Assembly: GCA_964252035.1 (NCBI GenBank)
Contig: OZ176200.1
Reading direction: 5' to 3' (one strand)
DNA from: Podarcis erhardii
Lineage: Eukaryota
Length of the DNA stretch: 64,000 bases
The notes under the pieces were generated by a model. That model was not told the DNA's origin. It saw only the letters and a program-made list of their open reading frames with translations, and searched no databases. A program made the position numbers and the translations under genes. This document shows, in pieces, positions 46,819 to 62,369 of this stretch. Position 1 is the stretch's first letter, and each line of letters starts with the position of its first letter.

Positions 46819-48211
46819 AATGGCAGGTGTGAGTTCCAGTCCCATTTCAGATGAATTTCACCACTTTTTCTTTTCAATTCAAATGCAAATGTTTTCAGTG
46901 AAATTTAAAATACACTTTTGAAAAGTCATTTTGAACTGCACACACTATTCTGGATTTCTCTTCTGGCTCAGGATACTAAATTATAATATAATACGAAAGT
47001 AATATATGAATGTTATTACTACCCATGCAACGGTTATAACAAATGAGATGTCCTTGAGGTCTTGTTTCATTTTTCAATATTCCACTAAGCATGTAACAAA
47101 GTTATATTGACTTGTACTCTATAATTGCCCACAGATTACAGTTAGAAATTACACCTTCCCCATTATCATTGAAGAACCTTCTGATTTGCATGCAATTCTA
47201 GTCTTTATTGTTCTTCCTTTTGAAAGTGGTCTTCAACAGCCATTGTTGTCTTTTCATTTTCTCATAAGGAACTCTTATTTCAGTTAAGAAAGTGTGTTGC
47301 TTGTGTGTAACAATTGCTTTTGTTATGTGCACATATGTTCTGGGAAGTCAGGTTTTCTGTAATGTGAGAAACAAACCAAAATCCACTGTGGAACAGAAAT
47401 GGAACCCAATCTCCCAGATCCAAAGCTCCTGCTCATACAACTATTAGATATTACAACTTAAGGAAAGTATATTGTATAATATTTAGCTGCCATCTGTGTA
47501 AATACTGCTTTGTGGGTTTTCTTCATTACCCATTTACTTTTTACTTTGCAGGAGCTGAGCACCATCTAGTGGATGCGTGTGATGGCAGCAGATCAGTCTC
47601 TTTAAATGTTGATCTGTGGCAATCACTGAAAATGGGCTGCACATTTTGCTTGTTTTAAGAGAAAAAGGGGCACATTTGTGAGAGATGCTAAGGCCCTACA
47701 TCAGCCTACCTCTTCATAGTCTGTCTCCTGAATTTTTATTTCCAAGTGTTTCTACGTAGTCTGGCTAGAGAAAAATCAAGATTGGCGGGGACAGGCTGCA
47801 GGGAGATAAAAAAATGGATGGGGGGGAGGAGTTTAGCACTTGTCACCCATGTACCTCATTTGGTCTTAAATTGAGATCTCTGCTGATCTGCATTTAAAGA
47901 GAGGAAGAGTTTTCCCCCAATGATAGCTGTTGTACATTGGAAAAAAAGTGGTCCAGTGGGAATATTTCAGATACCAATTTCAGTAAATGCAGAATATAAC
48001 ATTAATTTGATGGTGAACAGATGGCAATACTTACTAGATTTTTGCTAAATGAATGTAGACATATCTATTTAGCTGTTATTACTTAAGCAATACAGTTAAA
48101 TGTGTTTTACTGCCTTGCATTTATCATGACCTAAGTGCTGGCTGCTTGGCTGACACTGGGACCAGTTGTGCAACTTCTGTTACTAAATAAGGACACCAAT
48201 TTTTCCCCCAG

Positions 48212-48277
48212 AATGACAGAGAGGACCTCAGCTATGTTATTGCCTTTTTCCTCGGCACAGCAGCTTGTTTATATCAG
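48212..48277 (+). CDS. SEC22A: SEC22A coding exon 5
   Basis: CAG acceptor, GTAGGA donor; reads [22 protein letters not shown]. Confidence 0.95.
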
Positions 48278-49605
48278 GTAGGATCTTCCTCTTACAAGTC
48301 TGAATGATTTTTTAAAAGTTGTAATCCCTTTCTGACTTAGGGTATGTGAGTCCAAAATTAAATGAGCGTGAATAGATTTATTTCAAAGTTTCCTTCTGAG
48401 TTCGGTTGGTAGTGGGTGAACTGTACTGCAACTCTAGTTTAGTCTTTCTGGACATTTGCATTGAAGTCTACAAAGTACGTAGCTGGTGGATTGCAATAGA
48501 GGCGTGACTCCCCCACATTGTCACAATAGATAAGTATCTGAATTTTGGGCAGGGAAAACTGAAGGTGGTTGGGCCTAATGTGGAGCTGTTTGAAAATATA
48601 GAGCTGCCTTATAACAAATCAGACTATTAGTCAATGTATCCACAGATACATTTTCCAGAGTCTTTCTGAGCCCTATCTGGCAATTTCTGCATATGAAACA
48701 TGTTCTGCCCCTCCCCACAGATGTTATCTCATAATATCACACAAACTAGTCCATGATGAGGCATAACTTAAATCAAACTATGCTTTTATTCTGGAATTTA
48801 TGGGACAGAATGACAGATTGTTGCCTGCATTTTTTGGTTAAGATTTCTTAGCATGCAGAGCTTGTCTGAGGCCCAGGGTGAGAGTATTGTTAGAATCAAG
48901 TTATAAACTCAAACAAAAAAGCACCTGGTCCCAGGTGGAGGCCCCTGGCTAAGACCCTGAGGCTCAGTGTACCTGGCCACCCACACCCTCTGCACAGGCC
49001 TGCTGAAAATTTCTGTATTTTCATTAATGATTTTATGGCCATGCAGTAAACAGGTAAGCTTAATATGCTAACTTTCCTGAGAGAGCATATTCTATCTTCT
49101 TAGTGGAGATATTTGTTGCTTCAGGTAATATTTAATCAAAATAGCTGGTAACAGACAGCTTACTTTCAGCTGCTGTGGTATTTTATTTATTTTAAATATT
49201 TATTATTATTTTTAAAGGGTTATACAAGATTCATATGGCTCATAGAAGACTCTTGTGTAGACTTCAACTGCATCTCCAAGATGCAGGGGGCCGGGACAGA
49301 TGTTCAGAAATTGGATCGTACCTCCACCTATGGTAGGGTTGTACTACAGTGCACAAATTTTGGGCAACGGTAATTTGATAAGATATTAAAATGCCACAGC
49401 AAATGGTAGATTTAAACTGAAAGCCATAGCTTTTGTCAAGGGAGCTCACACTGTGGAGGTAACATTTGCACTCCCCTTCTTACCCTTGTCGAGTGGAAAG
49501 GTATGAAAGGAGTCTCTTGGCACATTAGCTGGATGCCGCTTGCTATAGAAATATGAGAAAATTCAACAGGTTACTTACATCCTTGTGACTTTTTTCCCTT
49601 TGCAG

Positions 49606-49806
49606 TGCTATCTGTTTGTGTATTGCACAGGCTGGCGGAACATCAAATCCTTCCTAAGTTTTGGCTTAATCTGCCTATGCAACATGTATCTCTATGAACT
49701 ACGCAACCTCTGGCAGATCTTTTTTCATGTGACTGTGAGCGCTTTTTCAACGTTACAGATCCGATTGAGGCAGCCACAAGGGAAGGCCCCTGATTACAAT
49801 GTGTGA
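49606..49806 (+). CDS. SEC22A: SEC22A last coding exon
   Basis: TGCAG acceptor; reads [44 protein letters not shown]...QGKAPDYNV-stop. The six exons sum to 927 nt = 308 aa + stop. Confidence 0.97.
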   Translation, partial: CYLFVYCTGWRNIKSFLSFGLICLCNMYLYELRNLWQIFFHVTVSAFSTLQIRLRQPQGKAPDYNV

Positions 49807-50149
49807 TGGCTGTCCTCCAGCAAGTCTCAAGGCAAACTTGATCCAAGCAGTATTCCTCTCAGGAATGAAACACTTTTCTGCAAGACAGACGCTTCCCATA
49901 GTCTAGGGCATTAATGACAGAGAAATTCTTCTTCAAAGAAGAGCTGGAAATGGTTCAGGACCCTGTTGCGGGACAAATGAAACCCTGTGCAGGAGAATGT
50001 ACCTCAAGGGCAACGTGAGAAGTTTGGAGGGGCAGCATGAAAATTCCACATCCAGAAGTATGAAAATGGCAAGGAGCTTGTTCTGCATATCAAGTGATTC
50101 CTTCAGTCCCACACCAGGTTTCCCTTTGTGAGATAGTAGAAAAGTCTGA

Positions 50150-52073
50150 AATAAAAGGATGGTGTTGCATATTAACAAACTGTTCAATATGAATGAATTT
50201 CTAAATGCGAGATTATTGGATGCACATAAGTTTAATGGTGTGTGTCTGCATTTTCCTTAATTAAAATCTAACCCAGAACCATCTGTTCATGGGGATTAGT
50301 TCCTGGGCCCCAAAGGCCTACCATCTAGTGCAGTGCTCATTCTGAATTGCTTTGTTTCTACCCCTCCCCAACTTTTTCTGTGTAATTTGCTTTGAAAGAA
50401 ATTTGGAAAGTGACCTCTCTCTTCTGCAGCCCCAATAGCAATCTCTAATACTTCAAGGATGAAAAGAAGTTGACTAGTCTCATCTAGGAAAGAGCCTAAC
50501 TTCTACTAATTTCAATTCAATTGTCTAAGAAAAACTGTTCTGGGAACAAAGGAAATAAAAAGTACTGGTTGTGGACAACAGATCTATTGTAGAAGAGGTG
50601 AGCAACCTGACAGAATCCTACAGTGGACCAAAATAGCCTGCTAGCAGCAGACCAATGAGGGAGGTTGATGGTTATTCATTTCCACCCTCCTCTAACCCTC
50701 TGGAGCAGATTTGGGGTTAGCTGCAGGGAGGGAGATGGGGGGGGACCCATGTTTCCTTCCCTATTCCATTGGTGGCCACCTTTGCTGACTCAATGAGCCT
50801 CCCTCATTTTGAGGATTATCACTGGATACAACCCTACTAATTTCACCTTAATGAGAAAAGTAAACCTGCTGGATTGCATTGCATCCTGTATGTTAAGTAG
50901 CAGCCATGAGAACAAAATGCCTTCACAATGAAGGTAGTTGTGGAAGTTTCCTCATATCCAGATAAAAGTTGTTCAGGGTTTGTGAGGATTTTAGCAGCTG
51001 GGGGTTCAAGAGATCTGTACTGTTAGCATCCACTGCCATTCTAAACACACGTCAGTCATGAGATGAGGAGGATTTTCTCCCAGAGACAAACTTAAGATTC
51101 AAGAGAAGCCTGTTCTATGTTTACGCTTGTATTTAATAAACTCTACAATCTACTCCCACTGATCTAGGCACAAGCTTTCAGTGTGAAAACTTTCTGTAGA
51201 GATTCTAGCAAGAAAGCGACGATGCCAGACTGAAGTTATATTGTCCTACCTACCACATCTCTAATGTTTTATGATCCTCCTAGTCTTTAATTGTAAGAGG
51301 TCACCTACACAAAAGTGGTAGGTTTTTTTCAGTATTCTCCCGCACTACTTGGAACACCCCTGCCCTTGAATTAGATGCTGTACCCCAGAAGTGGCTGACT
51401 GTTTTTGTCCCAGCGGCAATTTTGACCCTTGACTAACCTCTGGACAGTGGCCACCCAAAACCATTGCATGCACACACAGGAGCTCCCTAAAACTACATAG
51501 ATCAGCAGAGGAAGGGTTAATCACCCTCTCCCTGCTCATCAAATGATTGCTAGGGAGATTTGCACCCACACCAGAGTGGTGAGCTCTACCCACTGTAGTG
51601 CTAGGTCTATTTTTTTCTTTCTGCCACTGCTGCCAAAATGGATGAAGCTTATTGGAGGTGTGGGTAGAGGCAGATCAGGCCCTAGATCTGGAGGTCAGAC
51701 ATTATTTTGAAACCACATGCAAGTAATGTGTGAAGTAGCCCAAGTATATTTGTTGTAGACCCAAATGTTAATAACGATACACACAAATTCTTCATTTATC
51801 ATGATAGGAATACAAACAGTCCTAAACTGGGTCTTCCAGTTGCCCTGGTCTAGTTGTTGTTCTTGTATGTTATGTTTTCTTTACCTTCATGATAATTTAA
51901 AATATAAGTAAAGGAACTCCTCCTGCCAAATGAGGGAAAGACTCACTCTGGTTGCCATGGGACGCTGTGTATGATGACTCTGGGCATCAGTTTCCTAGCT
52001 GCAAAATGGGAATACTGATCATTTCAATGAAAAAGTAAAGTGCTTTGTAGAATAAAAGTGCTGTATAAATAAA
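50150..52073 (+). terminator. SEC22A: Candidate SEC22A polyadenylation signals (AATAAA at 50150, 51135, 52051, 52068)
   Basis: Hexamers only; which one is used cannot be told from sequence. Confidence 0.35.
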
Positions 52074-54611
52074 TGCAGAAGCAGCTATAAGATGGTCAAG
52101 ACTTCTGAAGTGAGGTCACTGCAACTTACACAGGGGTCTTTGTGGATTTTTTTTTATGAAGGTGTTTATCACAGCCAACACTTCAAGATTGGGACATTAA
52201 TGATATATACTTTAGGATAGAGGGGTGGTGGGTATACAGCTAGCACTATAGGCAATTGGAGCCTGCCCTAAATAATTTCATGTCTGTAAAGAGTCATAGC
52301 CAAGGGCTGAGCATGAAGATGTTCAGGGCATGCAACTTTGCTGAGGCTCTGACTTCTCCAAAAAGTAGTAAGCCTTCATCTTGGATTTCATACATGTGAC
52401 TAGAAGCACTGACATAAAGTATGCTTACAGATGCATATTGCAGGCACACAATCCAAGGGTGAAAAGCTAGCAGAATTTGTTTAAGGATTAAAAAAAATCC
52501 CATCACAGAACACAGTGTTATCTATCATAAGTCCCATTAAGTGACTGTGCTGGATTGTGGCCCAATTTGGGGGGGGGGGGGACTAGGAAAGATGCTGAGA
52601 GTTATGCAATAACAAATGATTTAATTATCCTAACTGAAAAGATCTATATCTAGCAATCCCCCTAATGATGTGTTATGTAATGGCTCCCATGATTTCTAAG
52701 TGCAAATCGTGTTCATGACCATACTCTTAGCTAGCATCTAAAATATTCCTCATCTGTGCTGGAGACCACCACTGTGCTTAAAAAATTAACAACTAAGGGC
52801 AATTTGCCTGTCTGCTTTCCCCACTCACCTTAACAGGGACTAGCACAAGGAAAAGCAGCATGCAGGGACCCCACTGATGACTTAAATATGAGTTCAGGAT
52901 GAGTTTCTCCCTTATTGTTGAGCCAGCAACCTTCCCTCCCAATATCTAGAGACTACCTTCAGAGATATTGAGCACCTGTGTTATTATCTTAAAACAGAAG
53001 AAAATATGTTACAGTGATCGGAAAATATAACCAGTTCATTTCAGAGTATTTTATCCTAACAATATACAGCCAAGCACCATAATTTCAAACAGAGACTTAC
53101 CATTCCAGTGAAGGAGATCCATATGTGGGTGAAGGCTCCTCTACATGCACAGGTAACATAGATTGAATCGGGCACTTCTACGTAAATCCAATTCTGCACC
53201 ACGTTGCTCATCTGTACTGAATTACCCAGACCTGTATTTAAATGCAGATGGCTATGCTCCTGTGCACACACAAAACTACTAGCTCAATTAGTTGAGTAGG
53301 ACTAGACCACAGCCTACTGCTTCCAGCTGCCAAAGTTCTCCCTAAAATACAGTTTTGTTGAATCTGACATACAAATGAAATATCCAAATCAGCTCCTTCA
53401 TTTAGAACCCAGGGGCTGAGATTAATAACCACCTTCGCTGTATTCATCTGAATATTTTACCATTTTTCATCCAGTCACAGAGAAGTGAAGAGGCGCCATT
53501 GTACAAAGTCCATTCTCTCCTTTCTGTGATGCAGCAGGCACAAAATATCATCCAGAAATTCATAGGTGAGCAGGACTATTTGTTGGGACAAGTTACACAA
53601 GTCTGGACCTGCCTTACTGAACTGATGAAGCATACCTTTGTGGTGCACAAAATTCTATTGTTACTCCCACCACAAAACATTAAATTACATTCCTACTTAA
53701 TTTTGTAGCTTTTAAAAAACCAACCAGACTCTAATGAATAAATAGAAACATTCACAAGTGAAACAGTGTTTTAATATAATTGTTAAATTACTTAAACAGA
53801 TTGCAATTTCCATGGGAAATCATAACTGTATCACCTTTTGCAAGAGCCAGAAAAAAGACTGCATACCCCTTGAAATGATCCTGACACAGTCATCAATCAC
53901 AGTCAGAGATACAGGTAACTGAAAACTGAATTGACAACACAATTGCGCAAGGTGGTCTGCTCAAATGTTAAGAATGCACATTTCAAAGCAGGAGGCAAAC
54001 CTAAAACAAAATGATCCTATATTGTGCTATTAATTAAAATTTGGAAGTGGTAAATGACGGTAAGAATGAAGGGTGGAAGGTGATGAAGAACAAGCTGCAG
54101 TACTGTGTAAATAAAGACCTTTGCAAATCAAATGGCATTTCTTGAAAAGGTTCAAAAATATAGTACAAGGACAGACTTGGCAGTTTTCTAGGAATCAGGC
54201 AACTATACTATCCAAGGGTGTGCCCTATTAGAAAGGGAGGGGATGAAAGGAAAGTGGGATGCTACTGACACACTAGTCTGAAACAGTTTAATAGCAATAT
54301 TACACATATCACTGAAACCATGGATTTTACCTTATTTTTTGGTCAAAGGTGACACTAACCCCCGCCCCCTCTCCAATGTCATAATTGCCAGTGCTGGGTA
54401 ATCATTAGGTAATGGAAATTCTGCCCTGAGAAGAGTGGAAAAAGTATGTGTCAAAATGTTTGAGTCATTTTTGAAATTGCCAAATTCAATATCAAAAGTT
54501 TTCCCCTACTGAAATATAAAAATATAGGTTTTTATGCTTTTATACTTTTTAATAAAATATGAAGGGGACCTTGATTTTAAAAGTTGAAAATGTGTTTAAC
54601 TCACTTATACA

Positions 54612-54710
54612 TTTATTAACAGTCCCCCTCTTGTTTAAAAAATAAGTATTGTTCAGCAGGATAGGCCACATCATTATCTTTAGAGAATCAATCAATACAT
54701 ATGTTTTATT
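54612..54710 (-). terminator. ADCY5: Candidate ADCY5 polyadenylation signals (TTTATT on + at 54612 and 54705)
   Basis: Minus-strand AATAAA about 1.9-2.0 kb after the stop, in an AT-rich region. Confidence 0.4.
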
Positions 54711-56608
54711 ATGGAAAAAAACTTGCCAAAGTCTTCAAACTGAAATTCATAATATATGAAATGGAATTCAGCTCCCACAATATCAATCCAGAAGAGTAAA
54801 ATTTCTAGGTAATATTCAGCGGCACTTACTTGTACCGACAGTTGTTACATAATATGTAAACATTCTTTCAAAAAGAAATTCTTGATTTGATTGTTGTTCC
54901 TCTTATGCTACTGTCCAGAGGCACACTTGAAGTGGCCTCAGGCATAATACCCTTGGTCAAATAACTTTCAGAATTTTGAATACACAATTTACCTATTGCA
55001 TTCAGCTCCTTCTGACGTTAGGAATGAGCACAGCTGTTCTCATTCTTCCTATTTCATCTTTGTCTAACTGTAGGTTTTCCTCACTTTATTTCCTCTTTAA
55101 AAAATCAAACTTGAGCCCCTGCATTATTATTATTACTTCAGCTTGTTTTCTGGACTGTACAATATTTATTTGAAAACTGCCAAGTCTGCAACTCATAGAT
55201 AATGAAAAGAATATCAAACAATTCTATAGCTTATATACACCTCCCAATGTACCTGGCGTCCGATCCAAAGAACTCTGAGCTCAGCAGAAGACTTCACACC
55301 CATTGCTGGACTCATGGAGACAAACAGAGCTGCAGGGCAGAAATATCCCATAGCCCTGATCAACCTTCCGACAGGGAAACAGAAGTGCTTGAACTCAGCC
55401 TGGGTGCCCGTTCCCTTCTTCCTAACAGTGACTATCAGCTTCTGTGTCAAGGGCTGACTGCCTGATAAGGGATTCAGGATTGTGTCAAGGTGCCCCTGCT
55501 CTTGTCCTGCCTAACAGTTGACAGGTGCTTTGCTGGGTGCTCAGTTCTGGATATGAGTCTCCTTCAAACAGCTGTTCTGTGAACTTCACTACAACAGAGC
55601 TACACATAGATCGCTGTTGCTCCATTGGGGCAACCGTTTAATACACAGAACGTTCAAAATATAGAATTTTGGTGTATTTCTTAGATCTCATAATCTTCCA
55701 TATTAAAAAATACAAAAAACTGCACCTCAAAACCAACAACCCTACACATTTCAGAGAAATCTCCTTGTGTTTCTCCATGTGTTTCACGTTGGCAGCTAGT
55801 CTTTCATGTGTAAACCAAAATATGCTGAACAGAAGTGAGAAGGCCTCCTCATTTAATAAATATGCTTGAAGCATCATTTCCCCCTCACCTTAAGAACTAT
55901 TTCTCTCCTTTCGCTTTCAGTATATCAGTTCTGGTAAAAAGAAGGAACCTCCTATCTGTGTAAGGGTAGGGATGGCAAGAGTACATAACAAGGCATCTTT
56001 TCCATTAAAAAACCATTACTGGTGATGTCATTAAAAAAGGCCCTTTTTGTAGAGCAATCGTGGGTGGTGTTTTTAATTTCAAAAGTCCACTCAAACAGCT
56101 AATAAGAGAACAGTGGCACACTTCAAGGAGTTAACAGCATAGACCAGAAATACTACGAGACTGCACAGCCTTTCCAGAGTAATGCTGTTCCTTTTTGTCC
56201 TTTTGTTGCAATGAATCAAACTTTCTTTCAACCAAGTAAAAAACATTGTGTTGCTTCAAATAAATACTTAAATATCTTAAGTCCTGTGTAGCAGCCTCAC
56301 TGAAGATCTCAAATCCACGTCTTCATTTCGAATTCCATTCAGCAAAAAATCTTTGGTCAATTCATTTACACTCAACCTAGAAAAAATCCACAGCAGTGCT
56401 AGGTAACTTCCGAATGGTGTGCCACATAGCCCAAACTGTGTCCCCCCCCTCCCCCACTTCTTGCACACACTCCTGCTAGGAAGGCATCATATGAAATACT
56501 CAACTGTGCCTTGGTATTAGATTCGCTGCTAAGCAGCAGCAGATTTTTTTTACCAACTCGTATTTAAATCAAACTGAGCCATTCTTGAGTCATTCTTGCC
56601 CACTGCTG

Positions 56609-56740
56609 TTAACTTGCCAGTGGGGGGCCTTCGTTTAGGAAGTAGGTGGTCATTTCTCCTTTACCTTTGACCTTAACAACCCCTCGGCATTCTAGTTGAT
56701 AGTTGTTGACTGTTAAAACTTGGTACATGTCTGTGGTCAC
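56609..56740 (-). CDS. ADCY5: Adenylate cyclase type 5, last coding exon
   Basis: CCACAG acceptor; reads [43 protein letters not shown]-stop. Confidence 0.97.
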   Translation of the reverse strand: MTTDMYQVLTVNNYQLECRGVVKVKGKGEMTTYFLNEGPPLAS

Positions 56741-57691
56741 CTGTGGAGTTTTAAAAAGAATGGATCAGAAAAGAGTTGAATAAATTGCAATTGACACAAT
56801 TCAACACAAGTCTGGTATTCTCAAGCAGCGCTGATGGAAGAAGCACTGTCATTTCACTAAAAATTACTATGATTGCACCCATAAGAAAAAGGGCTGATGA
56901 CATTAAAAGTGAATTTCAGATCATTTCGGAGAAAGACTCATAGTATTCACACGTCCCCTTGGGCTCCTAAAAGGACAATGGCAAGTCAGAGACATGTGAG
57001 TAAGGAGAAGGAATAGGTGAATCTATCAATTTTGGTTTCTCTCAGTATCTTGTTTTTCAGCTTTGACAATGCCAATCACCTGTTGTAGAGGACAAGAGAC
57101 TGGATCAAGTTTCCCATTCTCTTCCCACCCTGTGAGCATGATCCATGTTAGCTCGAAATTGGGCCATCTCTCTCAAAGAGATAATAAACAGTGTGGACTA
57201 TAACTGCGTGAATAATGTACTAGGTGGCTAAGTGTTCAAAGCACAGTATCACATAGGTATGTATCTCTGGATCAGAGCAAGGTGAATTATCCCATCTTCT
57301 GGTTATCGCTCAGCAAGAACAACATGAAAATACTCAGGGGGTTTTACAAAAGAAGAAACAGATGCAGAGGTTCACAAGGAGCTCTGTTCTGTACTCCATG
57401 TTACATGATAACATAGATTCCTTCATATTTCACCCCCTACCCCCAACACAGAGATGAATCACTAAGCTGGATAAAACATGAAATATGTAAAGTAAGAAAG
57501 GAGGACAAGTTACATGGATCTGAAGTGACTTCATGTGTCAGCTGCCATATTTTGTATGCTTGGTTAAAAGTTTTTGCTTGGGGTGGTAAATATCTACCCC
57601 CAAGTAGAATACATAAAATGTACATATAGATTACTTCTCACTTCTACTAGTGGCTTGTGTAAATACTCATAGGAGAGAAAAAAAAGTTTTA

Positions 57692-57865
<174 letters not shown>

Positions 57866-58947
57866 TTAGACATGAGTGTATAAAGTACATCTTATAAGTT
57901 ATCACTACCAGATCACATATGCAGGAGCACTGCAACTATCTGATTCCTCCCCAGGCATAAATTGACCATAGCTAATTTTTGAATGGCCAACCTTTTGAGG
58001 GCTATATGACAAAACGTGCCATGATTCTATGATCAGGTATTATTATAAATGAACAAAGTTTTAAAGCAGACTCCATATGGTGGCTGTAAAGTGTGTAGCA
58101 CTCCTAAGACTTTGAAAGATTACCAGTTGAGAGTGAGGTAAATTTATCCAGTGCTACCTTCCCTGGTCTTTGAAATCTGTGATATCAAAGATTTGTAGGC
58201 TTTGAAATTTGTGATATCTGCATATAAATATCCTACACTGATGATTTCTCTGCCTGTTGTAGCAATTGCAATGCACCACGCTAGATGCTGTAGGATTTTT
58301 ATTGCATGCATATATAATTTTATTGTATTACAATTTGAATTCCATAGAAGTCATACGGCAAGTGTTCTTCACAGGCACACCTCAGACCATCTGAATGAAG
58401 CTTAGGGACCACAGTTTGGGAACCCCTGTCCTACACTATCTAACTGCTTCTCAGAAAACTCACTGGAGCTTATTTTTTACTTGATATCAGTATACTGTAT
58501 CTTGATATCCAGAATTATGAAGATGAGTAACAGTGTGCCAAGAACACTCATGCTCTACACTCAAAAAAAATGATCTATAAAAAATGTTATAAAATCTGCT
58601 TCTTTGGCAGACGTTCTCAATTTACACATTACATTCTAAGCTTAGTTGGTCTGTGGAGCATGGAGCATACCTGGAGTAAGAAGCCTCACTCCAGACATCC
58701 TTGTGAATCAACTGACTGAACCTGAGGCATTCCCAGTGAAAGAGATAAAAATGTAGCATATAAGAAGTGACTTGCTGGATCAGGCCCAAAGGCCCATGTA
58801 GTCCAGCATACTTTTCTCACAGTGGTCAGCTTCAAAAAAGGGGCCTGAATGCAAGATGGATGGCCTTGTCGGTTTTGACTGAGTGGAAAGACGTACGGGT
58901 GCTTGACTCAGTTCATCCCAAGCAATGGTGATGGCTCTAGGAATCCA

Positions 58948-58948
<1 letters not shown>

Positions 58949-58995
<47 letters not shown>

Positions 58996-59100
58996 TTTTA
59001 TTTATACCCCGCCCTCCCCAGCCAAGGCCGGGCTCAGAGCGGCTTACAAGCAATAATAAAAACAAGATGAATGATTACAAACTTAAAAACAAAAATAAAA
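58949..59100 (-). mobile_element. L2-type LINE 3' end with a long (TTA)n tail
   Basis: (TAA)n 58949-58993, then TTTATACCCCGCCCTCCCCAGCCAAGGCCGGGCTCAGAGCGGC; homologous to 37340-37440. Confidence 0.7.
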
Positions 59101-59476
59101 TAAGTAAGAATGAAGGAACCCAGTGTCAAGCACCTGCATGCATGCTGATTGGCCTTACAGGATCAGGTTGAAAGAGCTCTTGCTCTGCCTCCACTTCAAG
59201 TGTGTGTGCATTTATCCATTTCAGATTCAAATAGGAAAAACAGTTTTCCAGTGTTCTACAAAACAGTTGTAACAGCCATGTCCTTTCTAAAGCACTAATG
59301 TGGGCAGAAAGCTAATTTTGTTTGGCTTTAGATCTTCCCATGTTCAATTGGCTACTAACCTCCAGTTGGGAATGTTATGTAATGGGGTCAAATTTCTGCA
59401 GGAAACACAACCAACACTGCAGATCAAGAATACTCCATTAAGTGCTAATTTAATTCAGTAGAGGCAGCACCAATTA

Positions 59477-59809
<333 letters not shown>

Positions 59810-60657
59810 TCAATATACACTGTTTGAGTGATCTGTATAAGACCCAGATATGATCATGCACACTGTAGCTTGCATAACACATGTTCTAATGTGCTTCCCA
59901 TATGAAAAGAAAGTTCATGAACTGTTTTGATCCTGCACAGAGACATGATGGTGTCTTAGACCCTATTTTTGCTTCTTCAAATTGATAAGGAAAGAAAAAT
60001 AAGATTTGCACTAGGATGTCAGGTCACGGGATGCAATGCCCTTTCAGTTTGGATCTACATCACGTCCTGGCATGAGTGTATCAGTACTTGCTGTCAGGTG
60101 ACTGAGTTAGGACCATTTGCACTTTTAATCATAGATTTCTGAGTAATAAAAGCAACAGTGGCCAGTGCCACTGTAACTGGTAACCATAGAGGAGGTAGAA
60201 CTTTCCTAGGAGCCTCTGCACAAGCATGAGACCATTTCAGCTGACCTGGACAAATTATTGTTTCGACTGCTGCACTTACACAGATCCATGGGAGCAGAGC
60301 ATGAGGTGATTAAAACAGCTGTTGACCAGGAAAATAAGTCAAAAGACTAGGATACCAAGAACTAGGAAACTAGATCTATGAGCTGAGGAAGGCTTGCAAG
60401 CCAGGTAGCTTTCTGGGTCCTACCCATAGCCATGGATGAAGAGTTTATTTAGGAGTGTATTGCAAAGGCTCAGCAGCACCTTTCAGTATATAGTACTTCT
60501 AGGAAAGAAAAGTGTAGTACTGAGATATAGAAAAAAAAAAAAAGTGTAGTACTGTATTTCTATTGATACCTCTGGCATATGAAAGAAACCTAGCACATAA
60601 AACACAAGTGTCAGAGACGACTGGTGTTGTGTGCATCAGGACAATACAAAAGGGTCA

Positions 60658-60736
60658 GTCATAGATTCACAGCATTGTAGAGTTGGAAGGGACTCCAAAG
60701 GCCATCTGGTCCAACCCCCTGCAATGCAGGAATCAG
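60658..60736 (-). mobile_element. CR1-type 3' end
   Basis: GTAGAGTTGGAAGGGACTCCAAAGGCCATCTGGTCCAACCCCCTGCAATGCAGGAATC; same motif as 28333-28420. Confidence 0.65.
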
Positions 60737-60767
60737 TTAAACATGAACTAGACCACACTGAGGTTTA

Positions 60768-61265
<498 letters not shown>

Positions 61266-61469
61266 TCAGCAATCACACCTGCCATTGCATTAACCCTGGT
61301 GCAAGGTGTAGAGGCCTTGAGAGTATGTGTGCAGCTTTTGGAGACAGAGCAGAGGTGGCTGGATAGACTTTAATTGTTTTTAAAGGGTTGTTTTGACTAT
61401 GCGATTTTGGCTTTGTGTGCTATCCCTGGAAAATAACTCTTGCATAAGTTGCGCATCTATTGTATAAGG

Positions 61470-61909
61470 CCGTGGTTCCCAACATGGGGCACATGCCCCG
61501 CAGGGGGGCAATTTGATTTTTAAGATTTTTAAGGAAGCCTAAAAGGCCATTAACTGTTAATAATTCGAGAATGAGTCATTAACAGTTAATGGCCTTTTAG
61601 GCTTCCTCCTCATGAATAGGAGTTCACTTTTTGAACAATACCGTAATTATATGTCATGGGGGAGGGCATCAGGATTTTAGAGTTGCTTAGGGGGGGCAAT
61701 TTAATTGGGGGGGGGGGTTAATTCGAGAATGAGTTATTAACAGTTAATGGTCTTTTAGGCTTCCTCCTCATGAATAGGAGTTCACTTTTTGAACAATACC
61801 GTAATTATATGTCATGGGCATCAGGATTTTAGAGTTGCTTAGGTGGTGCATGGGAAGAAGCAAGAAGAAGTGGTGCATGGGTGGTGCAAGAAGAAGCTGG
61901 GAACCACTG
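61470..61909. mobile_element. hAT-type MITE with internal rearrangements
   Basis: TIRs CCGTGGTTCCCAAC / GCTGGGAACCACTG; 8-bp TSD GTATAAGG / GTATAATG (7 of 8 match). Confidence 0.8.
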
Positions 61910-62236
61910 GTATAATGTCTAAGATGTAACCCATCAATACATGCTAGCAACAGAATGTGATTTTGCACACACTAAGGGTGCCTCCGTCCAAACTATATGC
62001 ATGGGATGGATACACACATGCATGGACAGTATTCTTTACAATACAATATAAAACAAAACTAAGAGCACAATCTTTGTGATCCTCAGCTAAAATTGATACC
62101 ATAGGAGTTTCCTTTGTGCCAGTGCTTCTAGCTCGATATAATTTATGAGCACAGTACGATAACACATTAACAGCGTGAATAGCAACTGTTTGCTGATTAT
62201 AAATGGCATTTTAACATTACACTCAAAAACACACAC

Positions 62237-62369
62237 CTGAAGCTTCCAGAGGAAATCAAGTCTTGCTGTGGATTCCACTTGCTGCGCATGAAGATACACC
62301 GCCAAGACAAAAACAGTGATAACTACGGGAGTCACAATCTTCAAGGCCACCCTGGACACACTTGGAGGA
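62237..62369 (-). CDS. ADCY5: ADCY5 exon (last transmembrane helix of M2)
   Basis: Pyrimidine tract plus CATAG acceptor, GTGTGT donor; reads [45 protein letters not shown]-terminal residues across these exons match recalled ADCY5 rather than ADCY6; synteny agrees. Confidence 0.93.
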
